Shown: positions 38,342-48,862 of the stretch, piece by piece
Position numbering within the stretch: the first letter of the stretch is position 1
Layout of the letters: every line of letters starts with the position of its first letter
DNA from: Deltaproteobacteria bacterium
Lineage (GTDB): Bacteria; Desulfobacterota; Binatia; UBA12015
Reading direction: 5' to 3'
Length of the DNA: 64,000 bases
Assembly: GCA_016874795.1 (NCBI GenBank)
Contig: VGTG01000008.1
Coordinates: 9,342 to 73,341, forward strand
Program-made: the position numbers and the translations under genes
The notes under the pieces: generated by a model
Databases searched by the model: none
Told to the model about the DNA's origin: nothing
What the model saw: only the letters and a program-made list of their open reading frames with translations

Positions 38342-39421
38342 GTGACGATGAAAGCTGCGCTGCTGAGGGAGTTGAACGCGGACCTCGAGATCCGCGACGA
38401 CGTCGGTCTGGTCGACCTGGGCCCGGGTCAGGTCCACGTCAAGCTCGTGTCGAGCGGCGTCTGTCACTCCGACCTGTCGGCGCAGAACGGGACGATCCCG
38501 TCCGGCACGCCGGTGGTCCTCGGTCACGAAGGAGCGGGCGTCATTCAGGAGGTCGGGCCGGGCGTCGACGGCGTCAAGGCGGGCGACCACGTGATCGTCT
38601 CCTTCACGCCGGCGTGCCGGAAGTGCCGCGCGTGTCTCCGAGGACAGTCGAACCTCTGCGAGATGATGGGTCAGATGGCGACGTCCGCGAACTTCGTCAT
38701 CGGTGGCAACCGCGTCGCCGGATTCTGTGGTTGCGGAACCTTCTCGCAGGAGATGATCGTCCCCGAGGCAGCCGTCGTGAAGGTCGACGACGACATCCCG
38801 CTCGACATCGTCTCGCTGATCGGCTGCGGTGTGATGACCGGCGTCGGCGCCGCGATCAACACCGCGGACATCCGTCCGGGCACCTCGGTCGTCGTCTTCG
38901 GTGCGGGCGGCGTCGGCATCGCGGCGATCCAGGGCGCGCGCATCGCCGGTGCGGCGGAGATCGTCGCCGTCGACAAGGTCGAATCGAAGCTCGAGATGGC
39001 GAAGCGCTTCGGCGCGACGCATGCGGTGAAGCCGGAAGACCTCCCGGGCGTGCAGCAGGAGGTGACGCGCGGAGAGGGCTTCGACTACGCGCTCGAGTGC
39101 ATCGGCAACCCGAACACGATCCGCGCGACCTTCGACGCGGCTCGCCGCGGCGGGACGGCGGTCATCGTCGGCGTCGGCCGCCTGACGGAGGTCGTCCAGT
39201 TCAGCGCCTTCGAGCTCTTCTTCCACGAGAAGAACCTGAAGGGATCGATGTACGGCAGCGCGAACGTGCGCGTCGACTTCGACCGCCTCCTCCGCCTCTG
39301 GCGGCAGGGCAAGCTCGACCTCGAGGGAATGATCAGCCGCCGCATCAAGGTCGACGACGTGAACGGAGCGTTCCGCGCCATGCAGGCCGGAGAGGTCATC
39401 CGCTCCGTCATTGAATTCTAA
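38342..39421 (+). CDS. Zn-dependent alcohol dehydrogenase (MDR, class III-like)
   Basis: GVCHSD, GHEGAG, CRKCRAC...C structural Zn site, GCGVMTG, GAGGVG. Confidence 0.93.
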   Translation: MTMKAALLRELNADLEIRDDVGLVDLGPGQVHVKLVSSGVCHSDLSAQNGTIPSGTPVVLGHEGAGVIQEVGPGVDGVKAGDHVIVSFTPACRKCRACLRGQSNLCEMMGQMATSANFVIGGNRVAGFCGCGTFSQEMIVPEAAVVKVDDDIPLDIVSLIGCGVMTGVGAAINTADIRPGTSVVVFGAGGVGIAAIQGARIAGAAEIVAVDKVESKLEMAKRFGATHAVKPEDLPGVQQEVTRGEGFDYALECIGNPNTIRATFDAARRGGTAVIVGVGRLTEVVQFSAFELFFHEKNLKGSMYGSANVRVDFDRLLRLWRQGKLDLEGMISRRIKVDDVNGAFRAMQAGEVIRSVIEF

Positions 39422-39569
39422 CGAGGGGCACACGCCCCTCGAGCAGGTGACCGCTCCGCTGCAGGTCCTGGCCGAGCGGCCGGCAGTCGCGACCGATCGC
39501 GGCCATCTCGACCGCGGTCCGGGCCTCGAGCTTCTTCTCGTCGTAGTAGGCCAGGCAGAGGTACTTCAC
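39408..39569 (-). pseudogene. Truncated YciI/DGPF family protein (N-terminal ~45 aa only)
   Basis: RBS AAGGAG, GTG-KYLCLAYYDE...LQRSGHLL, typical YciI N-terminus, then lost; no DGPF motif. Confidence 0.62.
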
Positions 39570-39631
39570 GGGCGCGTCTCCTTTCTGTCCCTGGTCGACC
39601 GGGGACGAGCGAAATCGACGCGCGCCCGAGG

Positions 39632-42160
39632 TCAGGAATCGGCGAACGTCGGCGCCTGGCTCGCGCGCGTCGGCACGCCCCAGAGGCCCGAGCGGGAAGG
39701 CTCGCCGAGGCTCCACACGCGGAGGTGCAGGTCTTCGAGCAGCCGCGCGTCGTTCAGGAGCCGCGCGCGCTCGCGGCGGTCGAGGACGGCGGGACCGTTT
39801 CGGATCGCACGCTCCGCGAGCTCGCGGCGCGCTTCCTCGATCGGCGGCGCGAGCTGTCGCGGTCCGCGCAGGAGCGAGCGGTGGACCGCGTTCACGTACG
39901 GGTCGACGATCGCGCGGACGAAGCCGTCGCGGCTCTCGCCGTCGCCGTTCGCCTCGTGTCGCTTCCGCTCGAGCACGACGTCGAGGTTCCGCATCAGCTC
40001 GGGCGGCTTCACCTCCTCGGGAATGAGAAGGAGACCCATCCGCCGGAAGCCGACGCCCACGCTCTGCCGGCTCGAGAGCACCGACAGCGGCACCGAGATC
40101 GCGAGCGCGCCGAGGACCGGCACGACCCACCAGAAGAAGTCCGAGTCGAGCCAGTAGAGCCCCGCGCCCCACGCGACCGCGACGAGCCCGTCGGGACCGT
40201 GCCGGCGTAGCGCGTTCCCCCAGGTCGTCTCGTCCTCGTGCCGCTGCTCCGTGCGCCAGGAAACGGTTCGTCGCGCCAGCACGAAGAGGACGAACTTCGT
40301 GTGGAACATCATGCGCACCGGGGCGAGAAGGCTCGAGAACACGATCTCGATCAGCACGCTCGCCCAGAGCCGGGAGAATCCGCCGAACTCCTTCCGCTGC
40401 GGGATCGCCCACAGGACCGCGAGCGCCTTCGGCAGGAACAGGATCAGCATCGTCGCGCTGAAGAGCGCCATCGCCCAGTCCGGATTCCACACCGGCCATT
40501 CGGGAAAGAGCGCACGTCCCTTCGGGAAGTAGTCGGGCTCGAAGAACACGGCGAGAGCCGCGTGCGCGGTGCCGAGCACGATGAACGTGAGCCACAGCAA
40601 GGCGGAGACGTACGACATCACGCCGTTCACGAAGAGCGTGCGGTGCGCGCCGTAGAAGCCGCGCGTCACGAGGAGGCGCAGGTGCTGGAGGTTTCCCTGG
40701 CACCAGCGGCGATCGCGCGCGAGCTCCTCGAGGAGCGAGTTCGGAGACTCCTCCCAGCTCCCGCCGACGTCGTAGGCGAGCCACACGGACCAGCCCGCGC
40801 GCGCGAGGAGCGCCGACTCGACGAAGTCGTGGCTCAGGATCTCACCGCCGAACGGCGGCTTCCCCGGAAGGCGCGGCAGCCCGCAGTGCTCCATGAACGG
40901 GGCGAGCCGGAAGATCGCATTGTGACCCCAGTACTGGCCGTCGCCGAGCTGCCAGAAGTGGAGGCCGGCCGCGAAGAGCGGACCGTAGAGCCCGCTTGCG
41001 AACTGCTGCGCACGTGCGAAGAGCGTCGCGCCGCGGACGACCCTCGGCGCCGTCTGGATCAGGCCGACGTCGCTCCGCCGGTCCATCAGCCGCGCGAGAC
41101 GGACGATCGTCTCGCCGTTGACGAGGCTGTCGGCGTCGAGGACGAACGCGTAGCTGTAGCGGGAGCCCCAGCGCCGGCAGAACTCGGCGACGTTGCCGTT
41201 CTTCCGCTTCGGGCGCGAGCGGCGGCGACGGTAGAAGATGCGGCCGGTGCCGCCGACGCGGCGGCAGAGCTCGGCCCACGCGGCTTCCTCTTCGATCCCC
41301 GTCTCCGGCGTCTTCGTGTCGCTCAGGATGAAGAAGTCGAACGCGCCCTGCGCGCCCGTCTTCGCGAGCGATTGGTAGATCACCTCGAGGCCGGCGAAGA
41401 CGCGAGGCACGGACTCCTCGCAGATCGGCATGATGACCGCGGTCCGACCCTCGGGCGGACCGGTCATCGGCTCGCCCTCCGTCTCGACGCGCGTGATCGA
41501 CCAGCGATCGCCGCGCCGCAGGAGGACGAAGAAGCCCGCGACGGCGGTCCACATGCCGACCGAGATCCAGCCGAAGAGGAGACCGAAGACGAGCGCCGTG
41601 ATCACCTCGAGCGAGGGCCAGCCGCGATCCGGAAGCGTCTGGTACATGAAGCCCGCGGCGATGATCGTCGGGACGCTGACGAGGAGGCCGAGGAGCACGC
41701 GACGTCGCGAAGCGGTCTTGACCCAGACGCGCTTCCGCCGCTCGCGCCGGGCCTGCTCGCCGTCGTCTGCGGGATGGCCCTTGCCGTTTCGACGGCCGCC
41801 GTTCGCGAGGGGCGCGGGACGCATCGACTTGCGCTCGACCGGCGGTCCCGCCGGGGGAATCCCGTTCCGGCAGACGCCCCCTTCCGACTCCGCGGCGAGC
41901 GTCTCGGTCAGCGCCTGGATCGTCTCGCCGACGGCACCGGTGTCGGGCTGCCAGCGGTTCCGGCCGAGAGCGCGCTCGACGGCGCGCTCGACCAGCTCGG
42001 TCCGCTCCTCGGGCCCGACGCCGCAGGCCTCGAGGTACGCCTCACCGCGGTCGAACGCCCCCTGCCAGTTCTGTCGCAGCCGCGCGAACGGCACGCGGAC
42101 CGTGCCGTTCTCCCCCTCGGCGCCGTCCCCGGCCGCGGCGCCCTCGAGGTTCGCCGTCAT
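39632..42160 (-). CDS. opgH: Periplasmic glucan biosynthesis glucosyltransferase H
   Basis: VIMPICEE, FILSDT, RKNGNVAEFCRRWG, VLDADS, YWGHNAI, ILSHDFVE, RDRRWCQGNLQH. Confidence 0.95.
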   Translation of the reverse strand: MTANLEGAAAGDGAEGENGTVRVPFARLRQNWQGAFDRGEAYLEACGVGPEERTELVERAVERALGRNRWQPDTGAVGETIQALTETLAAESEGGVCRNGIPPAGPPVERKSMRPAPLANGGRRNGKGHPADDGEQARRERRKRVWVKTASRRRVLLGLLVSVPTIIAAGFMYQTLPDRGWPSLEVITALVFGLLFGWISVGMWTAVAGFFVLLRRGDRWSITRVETEGEPMTGPPEGRTAVIMPICEESVPRVFAGLEVIYQSLAKTGAQGAFDFFILSDTKTPETGIEEEAAWAELCRRVGGTGRIFYRRRRSRPKRKNGNVAEFCRRWGSRYSYAFVLDADSLVNGETIVRLARLMDRRSDVGLIQTAPRVVRGATLFARAQQFASGLYGPLFAAGLHFWQLGDGQYWGHNAIFRLAPFMEHCGLPRLPGKPPFGGEILSHDFVESALLARAGWSVWLAYDVGGSWEESPNSLLEELARDRRWCQGNLQHLRLLVTRGFYGAHRTLFVNGVMSYVSALLWLTFIVLGTAHAALAVFFEPDYFPKGRALFPEWPVWNPDWAMALFSATMLILFLPKALAVLWAIPQRKEFGGFSRLWASVLIEIVFSSLLAPVRMMFHTKFVLFVLARRTVSWRTEQRHEDETTWGNALRRHGPDGLVAVAWGAGLYWLDSDFFWWVVPVLGALAISVPLSVLSSRQSVGVGFRRMGLLLIPEEVKPPELMRNLDVVLERKRHEANGDGESRDGFVRAIVDPYVNAVHRSLLRGPRQLAPPIEEARRELAERAIRNGPAVLDRRERARLLNDARLLEDLHLRVWSLGEPSRSGLWGVPTRASQAPTFADS

Positions 42161-43701
42161 GGCTCCAGAACATAAGACCAGGTCTCCGTAAGTGCACTAC
42201 CGCCCTGGTCGAGATAGGCGCGGAGCTCGATCGGCTCGCTGCCGCTCGGCCGGACCTCGAAGACGAGCCGCCAGCCGCCGGTGACCACGTTCTTCACGAC
42301 CTGGTCCTCGAGGAGCTCGCCCTGGCCGCCGTCGCCGACCGTGACGACGCCGCGCAGGACCGCGTCCGCAGGAAGCTTGCGCAGCTTCTCGCCGTCGAAC
42401 TCGACGACGAAGCGGTGCGTGTTCTCGTCGTGGCCATGGTCGCGGCGCGTGTCGATCGCGCGTCCGTTCGGCGAGCGAGCGCGGTCTTCCTCGCCGTACC
42501 AGAGGATGCGGTAGGCGAGCTCGAGCGGCTTCTGCTCCTTCGGCAGACCGTCGGGAACCCAGTAGGTGACGATGTTGTCGTTGATCTCCTCGTCGGTCGG
42601 GATCTCGACGAGCTCGACGTGCCCCTTCTCCCACACCGGGCCGGCCTTCGGGATGATCCAGGCGGACGGACGGATGTCCTGCCGCGTCTCGAGGTCCTGG
42701 TAGTGATCGAAGTCGCGATCGCGCTGCAGGAGACCGAAGCCCGCCAGCCCGTCGGCGCGGAGGCTGCTGACGTGCAGCCGCTCCGGGTTGCCGAGCGGAC
42801 GCCACAGCCATTCGCCGTTCGCGAGCGACACGAGGAGTCCGTCCGAATCGTGCACCTCGGGACGGTAGTCGAGCTTCTGCGCCGGATTGCCCTCGCCGGA
42901 GTAGAACATCGACGTCAGCGGAGCGATGCCGAGCTTCTGGACGCTCTTGCGGAAGAACAGTCGCGCTTCGACGTCGACCGCGGTTTCCTTCCCCGGATGC
43001 ACGACGAACTTGTACGCGCCCGAGACGCTCGCGCTCTCGAGCAGCGCGTAGATCGTCATGCTCTTCGCATCCTTCGTCGGACGCACGAGCCAGAAGGTGT
43101 CGAAGTAGGGGAACTCCTCGCCCGTTTGCACTGCGGTGTCGATCGCGAGAGCGCGCGCGGAGAGACCGAAGCCCTGATCGCGGCCGACGGCGCGGAAATA
43201 GCTCGCGCCGAGGAAGACGATCACCTCGTCCCAGTAGCTTTTCGTCTTGATCGGATAGTGGAGGCGGAAGCCCGCGGGCCCGAGGTCCTGCGGCACCTGG
43301 CTCGCGAACTCGTTCCGGCCGTAGTCGAACTTGCTCGGCGAGAACTCGATCGGCCGCGAGCCGTCCGCGTCGACGACGTACATCTTGATCGTGTGGTCGT
43401 AGTAGAGGCCCGGGTGGAAGAACTGCACCTGGAAGGGAAGGGCGCGGTCGCGCCAAACCGCTGCATCCGGGCGGTAGCGAATGTCGCGCCACTGGTCGTA
43501 GCTGATCTCGCGCAGGAACTCGGGGATCTGTGCGGGTCGCTGGAAGGCCTCGTGCGAGCGCGCCTCCGCGATCTTGACGACGTCCTCGAAGGTGAACGCG
43601 GCGCTTCGCGCGGCGGTCGCCGTCGCGAGGACGGCGAGCGCGACCAGACTCGCGTGGCGAAGGAGGAAGACGGCGCGCCGCCGCGCTGTGGCGCGGCTCA
43701 C
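42157..43701 (-). CDS. opgG: Periplasmic glucan biosynthesis protein G (OpgG/OpgD family)
   Basis: YDQWRDIRY, FLGASYFRA, GLSARALAIDT, APLTSMF, DYRPEVHDSDGL, GFGLLQRDR, TETWSY; directly upstream of opgH. Confidence 0.92.
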   Translation of the reverse strand: MSRATARRRAVFLLRHASLVALAVLATATAARSAAFTFEDVVKIAEARSHEAFQRPAQIPEFLREISYDQWRDIRYRPDAAVWRDRALPFQVQFFHPGLYYDHTIKMYVVDADGSRPIEFSPSKFDYGRNEFASQVPQDLGPAGFRLHYPIKTKSYWDEVIVFLGASYFRAVGRDQGFGLSARALAIDTAVQTGEEFPYFDTFWLVRPTKDAKSMTIYALLESASVSGAYKFVVHPGKETAVDVEARLFFRKSVQKLGIAPLTSMFYSGEGNPAQKLDYRPEVHDSDGLLVSLANGEWLWRPLGNPERLHVSSLRADGLAGFGLLQRDRDFDHYQDLETRQDIRPSAWIIPKAGPVWEKGHVELVEIPTDEEINDNIVTYWVPDGLPKEQKPLELAYRILWYGEEDRARSPNGRAIDTRRDHGHDENTHRFVVEFDGEKLRKLPADAVLRGVVTVGDGGQGELLEDQVVKNVVTGGWRLVFEVRPSGSEPIELRAYLDQGGSALTETWSYVLEP

Positions 43702-43870
43702 GTGCCGGTGCGCGGTCGACTACCGTGGGCTGAAGCCCGGCGAACCGCGCGATCGCCATCGTTTTCGAACGGAATCGCTTCGATCCCGTCCTCTTCTTCG
43801 AAGACTCGCGGCGCTGGCCGGGCGCCGGTGGAAAGGGTCGGTCCGTGCATGGCCACGCCCATAGCACGCC

Positions 43871-44290
43871 GTGGGGCGGTTTCCCGCGGGTGGGGAGGGA
43901 GGAGCGGCGGAGGTCGAGATCGAGCCCTGCGGTGACTCGCTCTGCGGCCGGATCGTCTCGCTCCGCTCGCCGTTCGACGAGAACGGCTGCGAGTGGACGG
44001 ACCGCGAGAACCCGGACGAGGCTCTTCGCGGGCGCCCGATCGTCGGCCTCGAGATCCTGCACGAGCTGCGATCGACCGCGACCGCGGCCGAGGGCGATGC
44101 CGAGAGCTGGGAGTGCGGCAGCATCTACGATCCGACGAGCGGCCGGACCTATCGCTGCGCCGTTTCGCTCGACGGTCCGGACCGCCTTCGCGTCCGCGGC
44201 TACGTCGGCTTCACGTTCCTCGGCCGAACGACCACGTGGACCCGAGTCGGCTCCGAGGCTCGTCTTTGCTCCGCCCACGGCGGGGCGTGA
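43871..44290 (+). CDS. DUF2147 domain protein (no signal peptide visible; may be 5'-truncated)
   Basis: VEIEPCGDSLCGRI, DRENPDEALRGRPIVGL, IYDPTSGRTY, LRVRGYVG. Confidence 0.72.
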   Translation: MGRFPAGGEGGAAEVEIEPCGDSLCGRIVSLRSPFDENGCEWTDRENPDEALRGRPIVGLEILHELRSTATAAEGDAESWECGSIYDPTSGRTYRCAVSLDGPDRLRVRGYVGFTFLGRTTTWTRVGSEARLCSAHGGA

Positions 44291-44314
44291 TGAGCAGGGC
44301 GAAAGCCGACGGAG

Positions 44315-45100
44315 CTACGGCCTGCGAGCGGAGTCGATCGGCAGCGGGAAGAACGCGCGGCCGGCGCGCATCTCCTCCGCGAACCAGTCTGCGAACCCGT
44401 TCTTCATGACCCACTCGAGCCGGTCGCCTCTCCACTGCACGCGGTACGGGTCGAACGCAGGGCGGTTCTCGGACTGAAGCCTTCCGAGGGTTTCGATCAC
44501 GTCCTCGTTGTCCTTGACGATGGCCGGTCGTGCGCCGAGCCTGCCGAGCCACGCGGCGAGCCCCGCATGACGGACGGGATCGAGAGGAAAGCCGAGGAAG
44601 CTCGCCGCGATCAGGTGCGGAGCGACGGCGATGTCCGCGATCGAGTACTCGCCGCAGAAGTAGTCGGATCGACCGAGCAGCGTTTCGAGCTCTCCGTAGA
44701 GGCGCTCGAGGTCGCGCTTCGCCGCTTCGTGCATCGCGGGATGCGATTCGCCGCGTCCGAACTCGACGACGGTGACGGCGTACGCGGCGGCATCGAGCTG
44801 GGTGTCCGCGAGGTCCTCGACGAGACGGCACTTCGCGCGAAGCTCGGGGTCGCGGGGCAGAAGCGGGGGCTCGGGGTAGCGGTCCTCGAGCCATTCGCAG
44901 ATGACCGTGGAGTCGTAGAGTGAAAAGTCCCCTTCGACGAGGGCCGGCACCTCGGCGCGCGGATTCACGTCGAGGAAGTCCGTTCGATTGCAGTCGCCGT
45001 GCAGCGCGCGCACGCGCTCGAACGGCACGTCCTTCTCGTAGAGCGCGATCCGGACCTTGCGTGCATAGGGGCTGAAAACGTCGTCGAAGAGCGTCAGCAT
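44315..45100 (-). CDS. Glutathione S-transferase family protein
   Basis: SPYARKVRIALYEK, VNPRAEVPAL, DSTVICEWLE, YSIADIA. Confidence 0.9.
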   Translation of the reverse strand: MLTLFDDVFSPYARKVRIALYEKDVPFERVRALHGDCNRTDFLDVNPRAEVPALVEGDFSLYDSTVICEWLEDRYPEPPLLPRDPELRAKCRLVEDLADTQLDAAAYAVTVVEFGRGESHPAMHEAAKRDLERLYGELETLLGRSDYFCGEYSIADIAVAPHLIAASFLGFPLDPVRHAGLAAWLGRLGARPAIVKDNEDVIETLGRLQSENRPAFDPYRVQWRGDRLEWVMKNGFADWFAEEMRAGRAFFPLPIDSARRP

Positions 45101-45299
45101 GACGGCCCCCGTAGTACGGCTCCGCTAGCCCATCAGTACACCGACGACTGCGAGGATCAGGAGAAGGATGCAGGCCGCGGACTGGATGACGAAGCCGACG
45201 ACGCGCTTCTCCACCGCTTGCGCATAGGCTTCCTTTCGCGGTTCGGCGATCGCGAGTCGAATCTTGCCGGTGAGGCGCGCTGTCCCTTATACCTTTTGC

Positions 45300-46040
45300 A
45301 TGGTCGTCGCGCGCTCGCAGACGGACGGGATCGCGGGCAAGGCCCGCCCCGCCCTCCGGAAGCCGAGCGAGGCGCCGCTCTCGGTCGAGCGACGCGAAGC
45401 CCTCCGCGCGGAGCTGCTCGAGGAGATCCCGAGCTGGTACGTGCCGTGGGTCCACCTCTTCGTTCCCTCGAGCATCGGGATCGCGGCGATCGTCGTGGCG
45501 CTCTCGTGGATTCGGGACCTGCACCCCGCGGAGCTCCTGACGGTGCCGGCCGTCTACCTCCTCGCGAACGCCTTCGAGTGGTGGGTGCACGTGAACGCGC
45601 TCCACCGGCGGAACCCGCTGGCGCCCGTCCTCTACGATCAGCACACGCCGCGCCATCACATGCTCTACTTGACGGACGACATGGCGATGCGCGAGAAGCG
45701 CGAGTATCGCCTCGTTCTGATCCCGGGTTACGGCCTGCTGCTGATCTTCCTCGGGCAGGTCGTCGTCAGCTCCGGGCTCTGGTGGCTCGGGCAGCCGAAC
45801 GTCGCTTGCCTCTGGGTCGCGACGTCGATCGCCTACGCGGTGAGCTACGAGTGGCTGCACTTCTCGTATCACCTGCCGCACGATCATCCGGTGTCCCGGA
45901 ATCCGGTGATCCGGAAGCTCGCGCACCATCACGCCGTCCATCATGATCCCCGCATCATGCAGCGCTACAACATGAACGTGACGGTGCCGCTGATGGACTG
46001 GGTGATGGGCACGTCGGTCGAGGAAGCGCCTCCTCGTTGA
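45300..46040 (+). CDS. Fatty acid hydroxylase/sterol desaturase family protein
   Basis: His boxes EWWVHVNALH, HTPRHH, YEWLHFSYH, HHAVHH; TM segments. Confidence 0.85.
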   Translation: MVVARSQTDGIAGKARPALRKPSEAPLSVERREALRAELLEEIPSWYVPWVHLFVPSSIGIAAIVVALSWIRDLHPAELLTVPAVYLLANAFEWWVHVNALHRRNPLAPVLYDQHTPRHHMLYLTDDMAMREKREYRLVLIPGYGLLLIFLGQVVVSSGLWWLGQPNVACLWVATSIAYAVSYEWLHFSYHLPHDHPVSRNPVIRKLAHHHAVHHDPRIMQRYNMNVTVPLMDWVMGTSVEEAPPR

Positions 46041-46109
46041 CCTCGCGCTCGTAATCCTGGACCTTCTCCGCGGACCGGCCCGACGGGCCGTGATCGGGAG
46101 GAGGCGAGG

Positions 46110-47534
46110 ATGCGGGATCCGACCTGGTCGAGAATCGTCGCGTGGTGCGGAGCCGCGAGTTTCGCGAGCACGCTCCTCGCCGGAGCGCGGCCGGCCAGCG
46201 CCGCGGGCGTCGCCGTGCTCGAGCAGAGCCCGCGGCTCACCGGCACCGCGTACGCCGGAACGGCGGCGCTCGCCGAGGACGCCTCGATGGCGTTCTTCAA
46301 CCCGGCCGGGCTGACGCGCCTGCGCGGCGGGAGCCTCGTCGCGACGGCGACCGTGATCGACGCGAACATCGACTTCGAGGCGAGCTCCGCGACGACCTGG
46401 GGTCAGCCGGTGACGGGCCCGAACGGCAGCCTCGACGCCGAGGGCGGCGACTCCGGCGCGCTGCCGACCTTCCACTTCGCGCAGCGCTTCGCCGATCAGT
46501 GGGTCGGCTATCTCGGCGTGACGAGCCCGGTCGACGTCATCACCGACTATCCCGACACCGGCGTCACGCGCTACGTCGCGACGCTCTCGCAGCTGAAGAC
46601 GATCAACATCAACCCCGCCGTCGCGTTCGGTCCCCTGTACGACGTCTCGATCGGCGCGGGCTTCAACGCGCAGCACATGCGCGGGCACTTCAACCAGAAG
46701 CTCGCCGTGCCGACGATCCCGTTCGACACGCTCTTCGGGCGCTCGATCGGCGACATCAACTCGCTCCTCGAGTCGAACGACTGGGCGTTCGGCTGGAACG
46801 CCGGCGTTCTGTGGGAGGCCGATCCGAGCCTGCGCTTCGGCGTCGGCTACCGCTCCGCGATCCATCACACGCTGACGGGCACCGGAAGCCTGATCCTGCC
46901 GGTGGTGCCGATCGTGCTGCCGAACGGCGGGTCCGTACCCGTCGAGTCGCGCGCGGGCTTCACGGTGCCGCAGTCGGTGACGATGAGCGGTGCGTGGCAA
47001 CCGGCAGGTTGGCTGCAGGTTCTCGCGGACGCGCAGTGGACGAACTGGAGCGCGTTCAAGCAGCTCTCCGTCGGCCTCTCCTATCCCGCGAGCGTGTCGC
47101 AGACCCTCGGTCCGCTCGCGGCGCTCCTTCCGACGAAGGACTCGATCTACGAGGGCTTCCGCGACACCTGGCGTGGCACCGTCGGCGCGCAGATCTTCCC
47201 CGACGACCGCTGGACGATCCGCTTCGGCTCCGGCTTCGACCAATCGCCGGTCTACAATGCGAATCGCACCATGCGGCTGCCGGACGGGAACCGCGTGCAG
47301 CTCGCGCTCGGCTTCGGCTACCGCATCTGGGAGCAGACGTTCGTCGACTTCGGGTACGCGCACTTCTTCATCGGCGACGGTACGGCCAACGAGACGAACG
47401 AGACGCTCGACGCGAGCAACATCCAGGGGACGTTCGAGACCTCGGCGGACGTCTTCGGGCTCCAGTTCACCTACAACTGGGAGCACGTTCCGTGGGAAGG
47501 ATTGCCGTTCGTCTCGGAGGAGAGCGGGTCATGA
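46110..47534 (+). CDS. Outer membrane long-chain fatty acid transporter (FadL/OmpP1/TodX)
   Basis: Signal peptide; GTAYAG, DASMAFFNPAGL, ININPAVAF, GWNAG, YRS, WTNWS, RLPD. Confidence 0.88.
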   Translation: MRDPTWSRIVAWCGAASFASTLLAGARPASAAGVAVLEQSPRLTGTAYAGTAALAEDASMAFFNPAGLTRLRGGSLVATATVIDANIDFEASSATTWGQPVTGPNGSLDAEGGDSGALPTFHFAQRFADQWVGYLGVTSPVDVITDYPDTGVTRYVATLSQLKTININPAVAFGPLYDVSIGAGFNAQHMRGHFNQKLAVPTIPFDTLFGRSIGDINSLLESNDWAFGWNAGVLWEADPSLRFGVGYRSAIHHTLTGTGSLILPVVPIVLPNGGSVPVESRAGFTVPQSVTMSGAWQPAGWLQVLADAQWTNWSAFKQLSVGLSYPASVSQTLGPLAALLPTKDSIYEGFRDTWRGTVGAQIFPDDRWTIRFGSGFDQSPVYNANRTMRLPDGNRVQLALGFGYRIWEQTFVDFGYAHFFIGDGTANETNETLDASNIQGTFETSADVFGLQFTYNWEHVPWEGLPFVSEESGS

Positions 47535-48862
47535 GAGACGCGAAGGAGTATCGGCGACTCGGTCTCCGCGCGGTCCGTATCGGCGGCGGCGCGGCTGCGA
47601 TCTTCGTCGCGGCGCTCATGGCGGCGTGCGGCCAGGACACGGAGCGGATTCCCGGAACGTTCTACGCGGCGCCCGATCCGCTTCCCGAGGGCGCACCGGG
47701 CCAGGTGATCCGCACGGAGTCCACGGGCACGCCGCCCGGCGGCGGCAACGCGCGCCGGATCCTCTACCACTCGCGCACCGACGACGGCCGCGACATCGCG
47801 ACCTCGGCGCTCTTCGTTCTGCCCGAGGGCGCTCCGCCTCCCGGCGGCTTTCCGCTGATGGTGATGGCGCACGGCACGGCCGGGCTTGGCCGCACGTGCG
47901 GCGTCTCCGTGCAGCCGTACACGCAGCTCGCGGCGTTCGGGAACGAGCCGCAGTACGACCAGTTCCAGCCGTACGTCGAAGCGGGCTTCGCCGTCGTCGC
48001 GCCCGACTATCAAGGGCTCGGCGTCGCCGGCCCGCCGTCGTATCTCGTCGGCCGCGTCGAGGCGCAGAACGTGATCGACGCGGCGATCGCGGCGCACCAG
48101 CTCGCGGGCGGACAGCTGTCGCAGGACACGTTCTTCTGGGGCCACTCGCAGGGCGGACACTCGGCGGCGTTCGCGGCGGAGATGCTCTCCAACCGGAGCG
48201 TGCCGTTCCGGCTCCTCGGCACGATCCTCGTCGCGCCGGCGACGCTCCTGCGCGACGTGATGCAGGACGTGATCGACGACGATCCGATCCCGCAGCCCGG
48301 CGAGGCGGCGGCGTTCCTCCTGTTCGCGGCGATCTCCTACGCGGAGACGTATCCCGACCTGAGCCTCGACCAGATCCTCACGACCTGCACGCCGGAGGAG
48401 AGCAAGCCCTGCGGCACGAACGCGGTGCCGATCGCTTCGCAGAACTGCCTCGAGACAGCGGTCGCGCCGTTCCTGCTGATGTCCGAGATCGGCACGAAGG
48501 CGTCGGCCTACGTGAACTTCCCGCTGCCGAGGGTGTGGGTCGACCGGCTCTGTCAGAACGACGTCGGGAACGTGCCGATGCCGTCGCCCGTCTTGATGGT
48601 GCAGGGAACGGCGGACACGACGCTGCCGGTCGGCATGAACTGCGACTACTTCGAGAACGTCGCGTGTCCGCAGGACGTCTCGATCCAGTTCACGCTGTAC
48701 CCGGGCGCGACGCACACGTCCGTCCCGAGCGTCGCCTTCCCCGACATCCTCGCGTGGGAGCGGGCGCGGCTCGCCGGCGACGCCGCGCCGTCGAACTGCG
48801 GTTCCCCGCCGGCGTTCTGCGGCACGGTGACGCCTTCGGAGTTCTGCGAATCGGGGGGTTGA
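47531..48862 (+). CDS. Secretory lipase (LIP family alpha/beta hydrolase) lipoprotein
   Basis: ATG overlaps fadL stop; RILYHS, AHGTAG, APDYQGLG, WGHSQGG, VQGTAD, YPGATH. Confidence 0.88.
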   Translation: MRDAKEYRRLGLRAVRIGGGAAAIFVAALMAACGQDTERIPGTFYAAPDPLPEGAPGQVIRTESTGTPPGGGNARRILYHSRTDDGRDIATSALFVLPEGAPPPGGFPLMVMAHGTAGLGRTCGVSVQPYTQLAAFGNEPQYDQFQPYVEAGFAVVAPDYQGLGVAGPPSYLVGRVEAQNVIDAAIAAHQLAGGQLSQDTFFWGHSQGGHSAAFAAEMLSNRSVPFRLLGTILVAPATLLRDVMQDVIDDDPIPQPGEAAAFLLFAAISYAETYPDLSLDQILTTCTPEESKPCGTNAVPIASQNCLETAVAPFLLMSEIGTKASAYVNFPLPRVWVDRLCQNDVGNVPMPSPVLMVQGTADTTLPVGMNCDYFENVACPQDVSIQFTLYPGATHTSVPSVAFPDILAWERARLAGDAAPSNCGSPPAFCGTVTPSEFCESGG

